Shown here: piece after piece, positions 1 through 13,440 of the stretch
Layout of the letters: the number at the start of each line of letters is the position of its first letter
Numbering within the stretch: position 1 is the first letter of the stretch
Source: Lama guanicoe
Lineage: Eukaryota
Direction of reading: 5' to 3'
Length of the DNA: 64,000 nucleotides
NCBI GenBank assembly: GCA_013239625.1
Contig: MU054187.1
Span: 18,840,711 to 18,904,710 of the forward strand
Position numbers and translations under genes: made by a program
The notes under the pieces: generated by a model
Database searches by the model: none
Seen by the model: only the letters and a program-made list of their open reading frames with translations
Told to the model about the DNA's origin: nothing

Positions 1-70
1 TATATATTTCCAAAGACATGAAACAACAAAAGTGTCCTCTTGTAAAACTAGTTGTCAGAAATGTGCCCTG

Positions 71-226
71 GTGGGGAGGGTATAGCTCAGTGGCAGAGTG
101 CAGGAGGTCTTGGATTCAGTCCCCAGTGCCTCCATTAAAAAAAGGAATATAAATAAATAAATAAACCTAATTACTGCCCTCTCTGGGGGAAAAAAAAAAA
201 AAACCTTAAAAAAAAAAAAGAGAAAG
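71..226 (+). mobile_element. Camelid-type tRNA-derived SINE (Vic-1-like)
   Basis: GGGGAGGGTATAGCTCAGTGG A-box head, AAACCTAATTAC tail and poly(A); 14-bp TSD AGAAATGTGCCCTG at 57-70 and 227-240. Confidence 0.9.
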
Positions 227-676
227 AGAAATGTGCCCTGAAGAGTATCATAAAGAATATAAACTGAATTCAAAGTCTATGATTTCATAGAGAAGTTTCC
301 AATTAGAAGGAACTATTTGGAACACATTTTGAAAGACTTTGAGAATGGTGGTGTTTTAAGGCAATGTTTTCATTTAAAAATACAAACACAGAGTTTGAAA
401 CCTGCTGGCTTCACTCAATTTGTTAGTGAGGGCTGTGCATTCAAAGAATGATCCCAGGGGTATCGGAAATTCCTACCAACTCCAGGAAACTCAAACGCCT
501 CTACAGCAGGTAACCTGATCGTCCTCCTAAAAGCAGAGCACCCTCAGTTGTATGACACTGGGTGTCCATGCTCAGAGAGCATAGCATGAAAGGTCAGTTA
601 TGAAAAAGTTCACATTCTTTTTTTCATTAAAGTAATACTAACCACAACAACAACAGAAAAAAAAAAGATTGAAAGC

Positions 677-865
677 AGAGGTGGCTATACCCTGTAGCTA
701 AGCATCTTTAGCTTCAGGACCCACCTCCCCAACCCCCACATTCACATGCCCCCTTGCAAGTCCTAACAGTATATTCTCAATGTCATATATTTTTGAAAGC
801 TCAGAGAGGTTTGAATTCTATTTCTTCAAGAGGATTTCCTATGTAGTATAAACTTCAGACCCTCC
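677..865 (+). mobile_element. MER53-like hAT MITE
   Basis: GTAGCTAAGCATCTTTAGCTTCAGGACCC...GTATAAACTTCAGACCC. Confidence 0.55.
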
Positions 866-1812
866 TGTTGGAATGCCTGCTTTGGTCACACATCACACTC
901 CACACTGGAGATACCAAGATGAATGAGGTCTCCTCCCTCCTGGGGAGCAGCTTAGTGTAAAAGTGAGACAATGGGACATTGGCCTGGTTGTGGATTGTGC
1001 CATGGGAACAGAGGCCCAGGCTCTTTTATTGGTGTTACTAGTCTATTCGCTAAAATTTTTAACTTACTGAATTTCTTTTACTAAATGATGAATGCCCATT
1101 AAACAATACAGAAATGTACAGAAATGTAGAAAGAAACGGCTAATAATCTCTATGGAAATCCTGTTACTCTCCAGGCCTGATGAAATGCCCCTTGCATCAT
1201 GAAGTTATTTACCCCAGGCTCTTTTGGATGTTCATGACACTTTGTAGCACTCACATGACACTTAAGGTAACATAGGTATATGGGAGAATGAAAAGCATCA
1301 AAGATATTCCAGTCATGGTGAGTAATCCCTAAGGTTCACGAATAAGAACATTAGGAGATAAGAATGGAGAAAGCGAGGCAAGACGTGGGGCCTGGAGTTC
1401 CAGGTCAAGAACCTTAGGCGCTATTCCAGATGGTTTTTCTGCTTAGTGTTCACAAAAATAAGCACTGCTTTAGAATGACAGTTGTGCCTGGAGTTGGTGG
1501 TGTGGAGACCAGCAGAGATGGAAGGTTAGTGAGGGAGGGAAGACCTGGGAACCTGGGTCCGGAGCGCAGCAGTGGCGTGAAAAATAAGAGATAGGTATGA
1601 GAGACATGAGAAATTCAAAACTGATTTGGATATGATGGTGGGAGGGAAAAGAAAGAAATTTGCATTACCCTGTGGTTGGGTGGAGAATGAGTTGAGGAAA
1701 ACAGGAACGAGAACTCATGGGAAGACTGTCTGGTTCGGGGAGGAAGATGGTAAGTTTGAGCTTGGTTTCAATGCCCCTGAGATATTAGTAGGTCAAAAAA
1801 TTAGAAATGCCT

Positions 1813-1945
1813 AGTCCTTTGCTACTCAGAGTAAAGTGTGGTCCACGGAGCGGCAGCATTGGGATAACCTAGGAAATTATTTAAAATGCAGCGCTTCGAG
1901 CTGCAGACTTGCTGAATCCAAACTGCATAGTAAACCTGCCCCTGT
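1813..1945 (+). mobile_element. MER5A1-like fragment
   Basis: TGCTACTCAGAGTAAAGTGTGGTCCACGGAGCGGCAGCATT...AAATGCAG...CTGAATC. Confidence 0.65.
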
Positions 1946-3818
1946 AATGCCCTGGGCTCTGACTTGGCTCCCAATTGATGTGAAATTGACCAAACTTCCT
2001 CTACTCAGAAGATTAAAACTAGGATTTCGGGCCTGTTTTGGGATATGGTTATTGCAAAGGAGCTGCGGAAAAAAAAAAAAAAAGGGAACTGTGAAGTTGT
2101 GTGGGACCCTTTAAAAGCCTCTGCCTATAAAGTACACTGAAGCCAAAGAACACCTGTGGACCATGTGTACAGCTGCCAGGGCGGCTAACTCATCTGCTCA
2201 TCCCTCAGCTGCATCACACGTTTTCCTTTGTATTGAAGAACAGTGATAATAGCATCAAAGAGAAAACAACTTACAGGGGTTTTAATGTACTCGTCAAATT
2301 GTACGGGTTTAGGTACAGACAGTAAGTGAGAATTTGAGTACAATGCCATTATTATAAAATTGGGATCTCATTCTTCAAAACTCTCTATGTTTCTAAATAA
2401 TGATGTTTTCTTGTTAATGACGTAAGTCAGTTCCTCGAGTTCACCACAAGACAGAAAGTCGTTTCCTGATCTCTCTGGAAAAAATAATCATAACTGTGAT
2501 GTTTTCTAATATTCAGTTTATACAAATGCATAGAAAATCCTTTTCCATTTTCAATTTTTCTGTTAACTGTTAGTAGAGTATTTATATAATAATGCAACAC
2601 TAGTCTTTAAATACTTGAATGTTATTTGACATATCAGTTGAATGTGCTGAGAATGGGTTTTTTAGGTAATTTGACTCTAAACAAAGTGAAATAACACATT
2701 TAAAAAATATATTACCAGTAAAGACCATATCACAATACACCACTATTATAAGATATATTCGCAGTGGTGACTTGGGTGCTGGGACCTAATTACCCAATTC
2801 TGAGCACCTACTATATGCCTGGAATTTGGTTAGAAACTTTATACATCTACATCCTTTATAAACACCTTAGAATCTCAATTTCACAGATTTCTGCATGTTC
2901 ATGTTACCTGAAATCCTCAGTAAGAGGAGGAAAAAGATCAGAAGTGACCTTCATGTGTAAAATGTGCAAAAGTAGTATGTTTGCCAATGGAGTGAGTATT
3001 AAAAGAAACTGTAAATGAAATGCCACTGCTGCGTGAGCTGCTTCAGTCAGTATCAGAATTATTAGAACGAACCAAATGAGATTGCTGTCCAGGGTCAAAC
3101 TGGCACCTGACCATCGATTATTGGCCAACTATTGGCAGTTTCACAGAGCTCAGCCTATAATGTAATGGGATCATTTCTTACGGGCCAACTTATGCTATAA
3201 GTAGTCAACAAAGTAGACAGCAGAGCAAAAGATGTACACGAAAGATTTTTTTCTTTCATGTGGTTAGTTTTCAAAGTAGATTCAACTCTCTAATACTGTT
3301 GCTACACAGACTCTCAATGACAGCTCTGAAATTCGACTGCCAAGAAAGAACGTAAATTTCGTGATGAGCCATTGGTTAGAGTGCCCCTGTTTGATCATTG
3401 CTCCAATCACCAGGGAGAAGCTGACAGATAGTGTGACAGGGTGGAAATCAACCCCACAGGGAAAAATATTTCTTGTTTCTTTAGCTGGCTAGAAATGTAC
3501 ATGTGATATTTCGGCTTACTGATGGTCCCTTCTTCGAAATGCAACTCTAAGAACCGAAAGTGCAAAGACCTAAGGGTAAATGGCTATCTCATTGTTTAAA
3601 ATCTGTTGCCAAAAAGCCGACCTGGCACAAATAAGAAGCTAACTATGTTTATTTTCAAAATGCCTTATTTCATGTAATCAAATTTTGAATGCATGGCCAA
3701 TGCACGCCTCTGACTTCAGGGCTAATTTTGTATCACAGCAGGAAATGGGATGAATAAGTTCTCTAACAGTTGTAGGGAAAAAAATATTGTAATCTGAGAA
3801 TTTTTAAAGAGATCATAT

Positions 3819-3920
3819 GGAGAGGGTGGGTATAGCCCAGTGGTAGAGCACTTGCTTAACACGCAGGAAGTCCTGGGTTCAATCGCCAGAACCTCCATTT
3901 AAAAAGTAAATAAATAAAAA
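3819..3920 (+). mobile_element. Vic-1-like SINE (short form)
   Basis: GGTATAGCCCAGTGGTAGAGCAC...GTCCTGGGTTCAATC A and B boxes plus an A-rich tail. Confidence 0.85.
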
Positions 3921-4182
3921 GATAACATATATGTCACGTTTTAAATGATTTTATAAAACCTTAAATGGTAAAACAAGGGCCAGCAGAGTCAGGTAAAATT
4001 TATTTAAGTCACCAATTACAAAATTCTTCAAGTGGATTGTTTCCAAGCAAAAAACAAACAAAAAAAAACCCCTAAAACCTGAATGAACAGGAAATTAAAA
4101 ATGGGTGACAAAGATTAGTGGTTATATTAGTACAACACTAGAAAAATATCTTAGCCCTGAATATATAATAAACAATCAAAAA

Positions 4183-4325
4183 ATTTTTTTTGCTTGTTTG
4201 TTTTATGAGGGCAAGGTAATTAGGTTTATTTATTTACTGATATTTGGAGGAGGTACTGGGGATTGAACCCAAGACATCGTTCATGACAGACATGCGTTCT
4301 ACCACTTGAGCTATACCCTCCCCCC
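4183..4325 (-). mobile_element. Vic-1-like SINE
   Basis: GGTAATTAGGTTTATTT...GGTACTGGGGATTGAACCC...GAGCTATACCCTCCCC; imperfect TSD CAAT(C/T)AAAAAATTTT. Confidence 0.88.
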
Positions 4326-4849
4326 TCAATTAAAAAATTTAACAATTACTATTAATATCACCATTACTATTACTATTATTGAATATGTAGAACTGCCTTG
4401 GAAATAAGTTTTTAAATTTTATTTTTATATACGTTCATAAGGTGTTGATTTGGTCCGAGATTTCTTTAGCCGGGTCTAGAGAATCAAGACGCTTTTTTTT
4501 CCTGCAATAAATTATAAAATTAATTATGCATGCAACACATTACCTTATACTTATAATGGTGCTACAGTCAACTCTCCTAGCAGAACGTGTACAAAATTGG
4601 AATCTAAAAACGCAGATTTGAGTGTGGGCTCTGTTACTGATGTTAACTGAGGAAGAGCTGCTTAAAGTTCGTAAGCTTTATTTCCTTATCTCTAAAACCT
4701 GGCGAAGACTGTAGCGATACCGTTTCGAGTGTAAACCTTCCTACGCGCCAGGGACTCTTCCAAGAATTTCACATGCGTTAACTCAGTTGCTAATACATCT
4801 AACGTCTAGTATGGATTTACTAAAAAGGCGACGGCGCTGGCCAGCCTCC

Positions 4850-5275
4850 ATTGCTCTCCATCACTGGCCCAGCTCTGCAGAGAAGCTGACCGTGCAGATT
4901 AGTAACTGGAGCTCCCCACGCGTGATTTTCGGTGGAGTTCGGACATGAGGCTGGAGTATTTCCTCCCCACTTCCTCCTTGATTTAGCAACCCTCTTTTAA
5001 TTTGTTTATAGGAGGTGGTGGTCCCCAAGACTACATCACCCGCCCAGCAGCCTCGTTTCCATGTTTCCTCTTCACCCTGGGCTCACTCAACGCTGTCCTT
5101 TAGCCTCTTCTGGCCCCGGTGGTACTGACGTCCTGCTGCTGCGGGCTTCTGTACCTGGACATTCCTCTCTTGTTCTTAACTCCCTTCCCACCTCTCTGTA
5201 AAGAGTTCCTTCTTTAAAGTGTCTTGATTGGAACCCTATGAGTGGAATGCTCTTTCTTGCTGGGACCCAGACTCT
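4850..5275 (+). mobile_element. LTR33-like ERVL solo LTR
   Basis: 3' end TCCTTCTTTAAAGTGTCTT...GAGTGGAATGCTCTTTCTTGCTGGGACCCAGACT resembles the LTR33 terminus. Confidence 0.65.
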
Positions 5276-5896
5276 TATGGGGATTTACTGTCTTAGCATT
5301 TTAGTCAATTACTTGTTACTTAGAAAAGTATCTTAAACAGAGTTCTGTTTTGAATGAATTGTATGTTAGGAAATACAGTCTTGCATTTCAGCCATTAAAA
5401 AAAAAACCCAAAATGTTTGTTTTTAATTGGAACTAGTTCACTATTTTTTTTTTTAAACAAACAAAAAACCCTCCTTCATTTGGTTCACACTTCAGGGGAA
5501 GGAGATTTGGGATTTGACTTAGTTTGGGAGTTCAACAAATTAGCCTGGTATATCCCAGTTAAATGGTTCATGGTTTGGTCTGATTCAGGTTCAAACAGAA
5601 AACCCTGAAATACTGGAAAAGGTGAGCTGGCGTAAATGGGTCTCTCTGAGTAGGATTAATGCACACTCTAATTATGGGGATACATTCTTAGAATGGTAGC
5701 ATCTCAAGGTCATTTTAGGAATAAAACAAAATTAGTGCTTCTCAGTGAAATGAACGGCTTATCAGCCACTGGATTTCCCAAAGTCTATAGTTTATCTTCC
5801 TAAACAAAATCGTGACAAACTGTGTCCATGTGTTTTCTAAGTACTGTTATATCTCTCTTCTCTTTTTTTCTAAATGAATTCCCTTTCCAGTTAGAT

Positions 5897-6067
5897 CAGT
5901 ATTTCTCAAAGTGTGGGCCCCAGGCTATCACCTGGAATTTGTTAGAAATGCAGATTTTTGATCCCCACCCCAGATCTACTAAATTGGAAATTCTAGGGGT
6001 GGGCCCAGCAATCTGCGTCTTAACAAACTCTCCAGGAGATCCTAACAAAAAGACTTGAGAACTGCTG
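5897..6067 (+). mobile_element. MER5A hAT-Charlie MITE
   Basis: CAGTATTTCTCAAAGTGTGG...GTTAGAAATGCAGAT...TTGAGAACTGCTG with a perfect 8-bp TSD AGTTAGAT (5889-5896, 6068-6075). Confidence 0.9.
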
Positions 6068-7137
6068 AGTTAGATTATATGTTTCTTCAAGTCAAGTCCT
6101 AGCTAGTATTTCTGCATCTGGAGTGGGATCAACCCAAAGATCATGCTGATATAATTAATTTCACGTGTGTGTCAGTGACAAGATAACAGGGGTGATTGAT
6201 GGTGTGGCCAATGACATAAGTGACAGAGCCAGGGTTTGAACTCGGACAGTCTAACTTCAGAGCTCAGCCGCCTAACCGTGAAGCTAGAATATTCCCCTAA
6301 TGGCCACACAGAGGGGAGATATGAAAGCATATGAAACCCTGAGAAATAGTAGTCGCATAAACTTTTTAACCCTCCAACCTGTTTAATAGGAGAATGGAGT
6401 CTCTACTTAGAATAATATGTATTTGTTTATTTCATCCAGTAGAAAAAGTCAGGACGCAATTTTGCTAACACACATCTAACTTTTCAAGCACAAGTTTCTG
6501 GTTATCCTGTAACTAAAGAAGTTTTCACGTGTTTGCTCTTGAAAGCCAGTTCTTTGCTTAATGAGAAACAGGCACACACAGAGTACAGCTCCAGTCTGTG
6601 ATGAAGCCATGGACACCTAGTTCTATGTATCCCAAATGTGCTTAATTGTATATTCTGGCTTTCACATTTCTTTCTCTAGGACAATAGACCCGTTTTATTA
6701 TATGTATACATATATATGTATGTATTTTTGCCCGGAGCCGCAGCTTCCTGAGAACAGCACCGAATGGACAGGAAAAGCAGGAATGGGGGTGGGCGGGGGT
6801 TTCTAATCTAGGGATTCCCTTAGTCGGAAACTAACTAATGATGTTTTCACAATGCAGGCACATCTTTAATCTCACAATGAATAATGTATAATGGTTTAGA
6901 GAAAGATATAATAAAAGATCCCTGTGTTCGAAAGGCAGTAATTTGGGAGTTATGCTAGTTCCTCCTTCTCTCGCCCCCAAACACAATCTGTCACCAAGCC
7001 CTGCTGATTCGAGCTGCCATACCATCCTCTTTTCCTTTCCAGTCTCATTGCAACTGCCTTAATTTAGGACCTGGACTCAGTTGGTCTTCCTTTCCCCTGC
7101 TCACTTTTGCCTCATTGTCATGACAACTATACGTTTC

Positions 7138-7260
7138 TGTTTTGTTGTTTTTATTTTGTTTTTGTTTTGTTTTGTTTTTAATGGAGGTACTGGGGATCGA
7201 ACCCAGGACTTTGTGCATGTTAAACATGTGCTCTACCACTCAGTTATTACCCCCTACCCC
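7138..7260 (-). mobile_element. Vic-1-like SINE (short form) with (TTTTG)n tail
   Basis: GGAGGTACTGGGGATCGAACCCAGGAC...CTCTACCACT. Confidence 0.85.
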
Positions 7261-9376
7261 ATACTTTTCTTAATATCAAATTGTTTCTCTGTTTTAAATG
7301 TCACCAACAACCTCTCCCATCCCCCACCCCCATCTGATTAGGTCTTTAGTAGGGTTACCTCCTGTCTCTTCCCATTGCTCCAACAAAATTCCTGCAGTTT
7401 GCTGTGCAAACCTGTCTGCTTCATACCTTCTAGGCTTCGCTTACTAGCCGTTTCCTCTGCCATGGAATTCCCTTCTTCCTCCTAGATCAAGAGGGCCAAA
7501 CATTGTATATTTCTCAAAACCTAGTTCAAAAGGAGCCTTTCTAGCCCCACAGGCAGGGATTTCGTGGTTCCTTGCCATGACTGCCATGTACATGATCTCT
7601 CATCCATAGCTGATTGTTTTAGTTATTTATTTGTATGACATGTTCAGTCTGGATTTCCAGTCATCACACATGATGCCTGATAGAAAAGAGACACATGTAA
7701 CTTAAAGAATGACTGCATTCCTCAGTCTGTAGTTATGTTAAATGCTATTCAGAATGGATACAGTTTGAAATTGTTTTCTCTCTCATACAAATGTTTTCAA
7801 AAAGCCAGATGCTTGGAGTTGAGATGGTTTTGTCACTTCTGTCGCCTGTAGCATTTGCCACTTCTTGGTCTTCAGTCCTGAAGTGCAAATCTTGCACTTC
7901 TACAATCAACCACAAAAATCTCCTCCCTGCTGGTGAAGTTACATCAGTAGGGCGTAAAGGAGTCAGAGAGAAAAGCCAGCTGATCAACTGATTTGTCTTA
8001 CTCTGCTCTCGTCCCCTGTTTTGAAAGTTGTCTAGTCCAGATAAGTCTAAGTGTGTCCAAGAAAGTTGGTTTCGAAAATGAACTTGAGCTGACAAGATTA
8101 CTAGGCACAACCATTAACCTCAACATTATTATAAATGTTCAAGATATAAAACAAAATGTATTAATTAATGATAAAATACATAGATGTGTTCAAAGACCTT
8201 GCTATTTCTATCCAGTTCTGCCTTAAACAGGAAGTAAAATTTGACATCAAAGGACCATTCTTCGTGTGTGGACTTGGAAAAAGGGGAAACTGCCAGTCTT
8301 ATAAGATATTTCTTCCAGATCAGAAAAAAAGCCAAGTGAACTACTCCTGCCTTCACTGAAACAGAGTACACTTGTCCTCCAGGACCAAAATGGACTGTGC
8401 CTGGCAGAGCAAATGACTTTGTCCTGAGCAATGCGGGGGGAACCCTACCAGCTTTCAGTTTTGGAAATGGATGGGTTTGGTCTCCTCACTGCCTAGATTC
8501 TTGCCTCCTGCTAATAATTTTGATTAGTTTTGACAGGACGTAATAAACAGTGACCTCAGAACTCATCCCCTCTCACTCTTGACTTTCTGAACCACTTTGT
8601 CCTGGTCTGGCTTTGTGATCCTAGTGATGATTTTCACTTTCTCTGGATCACCTTACAGGCAGACCAGAGCCTAAGAGTAAGCAGTCACCCTGATAAGATT
8701 CGGATGGTCCCAGTTTCCTCAGGCATCCAATTAGGATCTGTCTCCTCTAGAGAAGACAAGTCTCATCCAATATATTTTTATACTTTCTGATTTTATTCTT
8801 AGAGAATAACATTCTGGAAGTACCTAACAGTGGTTCCCTAGATACCGACTATACTTGACACATGATGGTCTTGACAACTACTGCCCCAAGATAATTTTTT
8901 GAAAAGGAAGAGGTAAAATTAAACAAGAAGAGCTGAATCTTTCTCATAATGACCCCTCAAAACACTTTCCTGTCTGCTTCCACTTGAAAACCGAAGACGG
9001 GAGGTGACCTTCATGAAGTTATATTGGGTAGAAGAATTACTCACTCTCAGAGGCTAGAAAGAGGCTCTCTGTTCACATAGCCTCCCCCAGTGTTTTTCTG
9101 TGGTCGCAGAGACTCAGAAGAGAGTGTGTGGACAGGTATTCTCTGTGTGGCTCAGAAGTTGACTTCATTTTTTTAATTCCACTCTTGGGATGCCTGACTT
9201 CTTGCCCAAGACTGGCCACAATTATTCATCACCGTGAAGGGCATAACTTGTGCACTGTCTGCATTGTCTCTCATATCTGCATAAGAGGGATAAAAATACC
9301 TGGTCTTAATCTACTGTACAGACAGATACGAACCAAACTCAGCTGCTAAGAAGAAATTATTCAATGTATTATTTTT

Positions 9377-9481
9377 CCAATGGAGTGGAGAGGTAATTAG
9401 GTTTATTTATTGAGGTACTGGGGACTGAATGCAGGACCTCACACAAGCACTCACTCTACCACTGAGCTATACCCACCCCTC
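9377..9481 (-). mobile_element. Vic-1-like SINE
   Basis: Family core; 17-bp TSD TTCAATGTATTATTTTT at 9360-9376 and 9482-9498. Confidence 0.88.
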
Positions 9482-9982
9482 TTCAATGTATTATTTTTTA
9501 ATGGTTTTAGTCCTGGCTGCTGAATTTTGAGCACTTCTCTGAAATGTGAGTCTAATTCTTCATACAATACACATACACAAAAAACTCTAAGCCTCTTTCA
9601 GGATATGACTTACAACTTTTTTTCTATCCACATGCAACTCTTAAAATTATCTTTGCAAAATCTGAACATCTTTTAGTAGCTAGCCATCCTACACCTGGCC
9701 ACTTTAGAAATAGTAAACAAAACTCAGCTGTTCCTGCGGGGATCACTTGTTTGGTGATTGCTAAGGACCATCCGAGAACACTAATGGAAATGGGCTTTAC
9801 CTTTAAGAAGTTTACAGTTTTACAGAATACACTGGTGTGTAACGTATGAAGAGCAAAATAAGTAGAGTAAGTCACTATAAAGCTAGTAACTTAGATTTAG
9901 AATGTCTGTATGAGCGATAAGGGTATTTAGGGTTCATAAAAAAGGATGAGGCAGATAATACTGACTTGCGTGTATAGAATGG

Positions 9983-10470
9983 GTAGCAGTATAATCCAGT
10001 GTTGAAAAGATGGGCATTGCATATGGAAAGACCAGGGCTCATAGCCCAGCTTCACCACTTACTTGCAATGTGACTAGTTTAGTGACAGCATCCTTCAGAC
10101 CTTTCACATTTAACCAATCCAAACCTTTATTTTCTCTTCTGTAAAATGGGGTTAATGATACCTTCTTGTTTGTGTCTTCAATAACATAGATCATATAAAG
10201 CACTGAGCACAGTGCCTGGACATAGTGGGTGTTCAACAAAGAGCCATATTTTAGAATCACAGTGCTTTGTATTTATTCAGATTTTTCAGATACATCATCT
10301 CATTTGATCCAGACGCCAGTTTTGTAGAGAAGATGAGATAGGCATTATACAAATACTCATCCACCTGCCAATTAGATGAGGAAACAGAGACACAGAAAAT
10401 GGAAGTGACTTGCTCAAATTAGTGACAGAGCGAGTACAAAAAACTGGTCTGGAACTCTTTCACTCCATCT
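9983..10470. mobile_element. Two MIR SINEs in opposite orientation
   Basis: TCTGTAAAATGGGG core and AGCACAGTGCCTGG tail (+), then GATGAGGAAACAGAGACACAGA...GTGACTTGCTCAA (-). Confidence 0.75.
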
Positions 10471-11690
10471 CACCAAACAGGAGGCACAGCCAACAGGCAT
10501 TCTCAGGTCCAGACGGAGTGACACCATGTAAACAATTACTGTTCTCTGACCAGCCTAGGAAAACTTTACAGAAAACATCAAAGATTTCAAGGACTTTCTG
10601 AATGCTGAGAAAAGGTAACTTTAAGATGATGTGAGGGATTGATACTTAGCTTTGCTCAGGCAACAAGCTCACCAGAGATGTATTCTGAGGTCAGAATCCT
10701 AATTAAGGAAATTTTAATCAAATATGCCTTTGAAGAGTAGAGACATATCAATTTCTTCTATTAAGTGAGACTATCACCCACTCACGGTACTGTAATAAAG
10801 ATTAATGGGCAAAATGCAGAAGGGGATTTGTATATGGAACTCTTCCAGAGGCTGAGGCTCTGGAAACAAAGAAAACAGGAAAATTTATGTGCCTCTATTC
10901 GTTTTCCCTTCAATATATCCTACCCCACATTATGTAAATGCTTTTATTTCATTAGATTGCCTGAATTTACATCAATTAGGGATTCACTTGGGTTACTAGG
11001 CAATCATGTTTAAGGTGCACATAGTTCTGAAGTTTACTTATTTAACAGCCATTTATAGATTAATATACTGTTTAATCAGATTGCTTTCCTAACTTTTAAA
11101 TGATGCCAAAGAAAAAAAGAATTTTGGCAAAGAGAGGAGGCAGGTAATCTGAGGATAAAGGGCAATTTAGGGACTATGCAAATTGGGTTTAATCATCGAG
11201 TAAGTGCCAAGTGATCAGAGAGCAGAGATTCTCAGGGTAGAGAATTAGAGAGAAGGAGATGGTAGAGTCCCAAAATTACTGTACAGCAAAATAATTTTCC
11301 AGAGTTATGCCTATATCCAGAGAAAGTATGGAAATATTTTTCTTCTTCACATTCCTCTTGTATAAGGGGGCCCTTATGCATCCTGTAATTTTAACTTATG
11401 GTACCGCTATTATTTGACTGCATACTGGTTACCCAGATATTTGTGGGCTGACCTGGGAGCTTACATTGTTTCTACAGGAAAATGATTCCTGAGTTTTAAG
11501 TAAGCAGACTGCAAATGACATTTTTTTTTAAAACTTAGGCAGTGCCTATGTTTATATTATACATATTGATATGGCATGCTGATGTCTTTAAATAAGAAAC
11601 AGGCAGTTATAACAGCCTATATTCCTTAGCTCCCTCAAAAGAGAGTTTGTCCAAAGTAAGGAGACCATCCTCTGAAAATATCTACTCTAA

Positions 11691-12223
11691 CAACTTAAAT
11701 GTCCATTGACAGATTACCGGATAAAGAAGATGTGATATATACATACACAATGGAACATTATTCAGCCATAAAAAATGAAATAATGCCATTTGCAGCAACA
11801 TGGCTGGACCTAGATATTATCACATTAAGTGAAGTAACTCAGAGAAAGACAAAGATCATATAATATCACTTATATGTGGAATCTAAAAAAAATGACACAA
11901 GTTTTATTTACAAACCAAAAATAGACTCACAGACATAGATGGTTACCAAAGGGAAAAGCGGTGGTGGTCGAGAGCACGGAAAATGAATTAGGAGTGTGGG
12001 ATAAACAGATACACATTACTATACAGAGAGTAGATAAACAAAAAGGACCTACTGTATAGCACAGGGAACTGTGTTCAATTTCTTTTAATAATATATAATG
12101 GAAAAGAGTCTGAAGAAAACATATATATACATGTATATGCACAACTGAATCGCTTTGTTGTACACCTGAAACTAACATTGTAAATTAACTACACTTCATT
12201 AAAAGACAAAATTAAAAAAAAGG
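11691..12223 (+). mobile_element. 5'-truncated L1 (end of ORF2, 3'UTR and poly(A))
   Basis: AAATGTCCATTGACAG...GCCATTTGCAGCAACATGG...TGTACACCTGAAACTAACATTGTAAA; perfect 15-bp TSD AAATATCTACTCTAA at 11676-11690 and 12224-12238. Confidence 0.92.
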
Positions 12224-12599
12224 AAATATCTACTCTAATGCTTCACAAAATAGAATGTTGAATAAACTGATGTATTTTTTAAGTAGAACTGGACAGCAGT
12301 GCCTGCTGGGAATCTTTGCTAGTCATCAAGTCATCCTAATGATACTTGATTTCTTTTTCCAAATATACCATTTCTCCTTAACTTATTTGTAACCCTGAGC
12401 ATAAATCCTCAAATATGTGTGGCACCATATTCAGTACAAAAATTTCAGAGCAAATGACCTTTATTTGGCATAACCCTTATCTTAGCTGATCTCCTTCATT
12501 TTTCATTGAATTTAACTCAAGTTTACCAAATTTCGAGCTAATCTGAGTCAGCTTCTAAAGCATCACATTAACACTGAAGACACTTAAACATAAGGATTT

Positions 12600-13440
12600 A
12601 GACCATTACATTACCACTCACACGTTTTAGACCTCTCCCTCTCGGTCTCAGTCCAGGTTACCATTATCTCTCAACTGGCATTTTACAATAGCCTCTGAAA
12701 TTGATTTCTTTGCTTTCACTCTGTCATCTGTGATCGAGTCTCAACATAATGGCCAACATGATTTTTCTTTTTTAATTAGATCTTGTCACTTTCCAGCTTA
12801 AAGCGCTCCAAGTGCTGACCATTGCACTTAAAATAAAATTCAAATTCCTGGGGTGGGGGAGGGTCTAGCTCAAGTGGTAGAGTGCATGCTTAGCATGCGT
12901 GAGATCATGGGTTTGATCCCCAGTACCTCCTCTAAAAATAAAACCTAATTACCTCCCACCTTCCACCAAAATAAATAAATAAATAAAAGAATTCAAATTC
13001 CTTACCATGACTTATGAGGATTCGCAAGACCTAGTTTTTATACCTTTTCTTGTCCTTCTACTCATTTCTACATTCCAATCCCACTGGCTTCTCTGCGTTC
13101 CTCAAGAAAGTTTAGCCTATTCCTTACCCAGGTCTTTGCAGTGTACCTTCCATCAGGAATGCCTGGGTCCTGGATTTCACACATCATGTTCTTCTCTGTC
13201 TTCAGATCTCAGCCTTTCTGTGCTCATCTCTGCAGTGCAGCCCCCAGGCCACCCAGTTCCTCTCTAGAGTATGATCCTGTCTTATTCATCACACTTGCTA
13301 GTAACTAGAATTATTTTATTTAGAGCTCTCTCTCTGTCTTTCCTCCCTCCTAGAATTTAAGCTCTATGAGAACAGGGGTCTTGCCTTGTTCTTTGACACT
13401 GTCACTGAGAATTGTCCTGGAGCATATACTAAGCTCGTGA
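12600..13440 (+). mobile_element. L2 LINE fragment
   Basis: CCATTATCTCTCAACTGG...CAATAGCCTC...TAGAATTTAAGCTCTATGAGAACAGGG. Confidence 0.7.
12850..12989 (+). mobile_element. Vic-1-like SINE inserted in an L2 fragment
   Basis: Family core; TSD AATTCAAATTCCT at 12837-12849 and 12990-13002. Confidence 0.9.

Noticed and set aside
6730..6830. Small GC-rich patch with a GC box and GGGATTCCC
   Set aside because: Too short, and the motifs are too common to support a regulatory call without conservation data.
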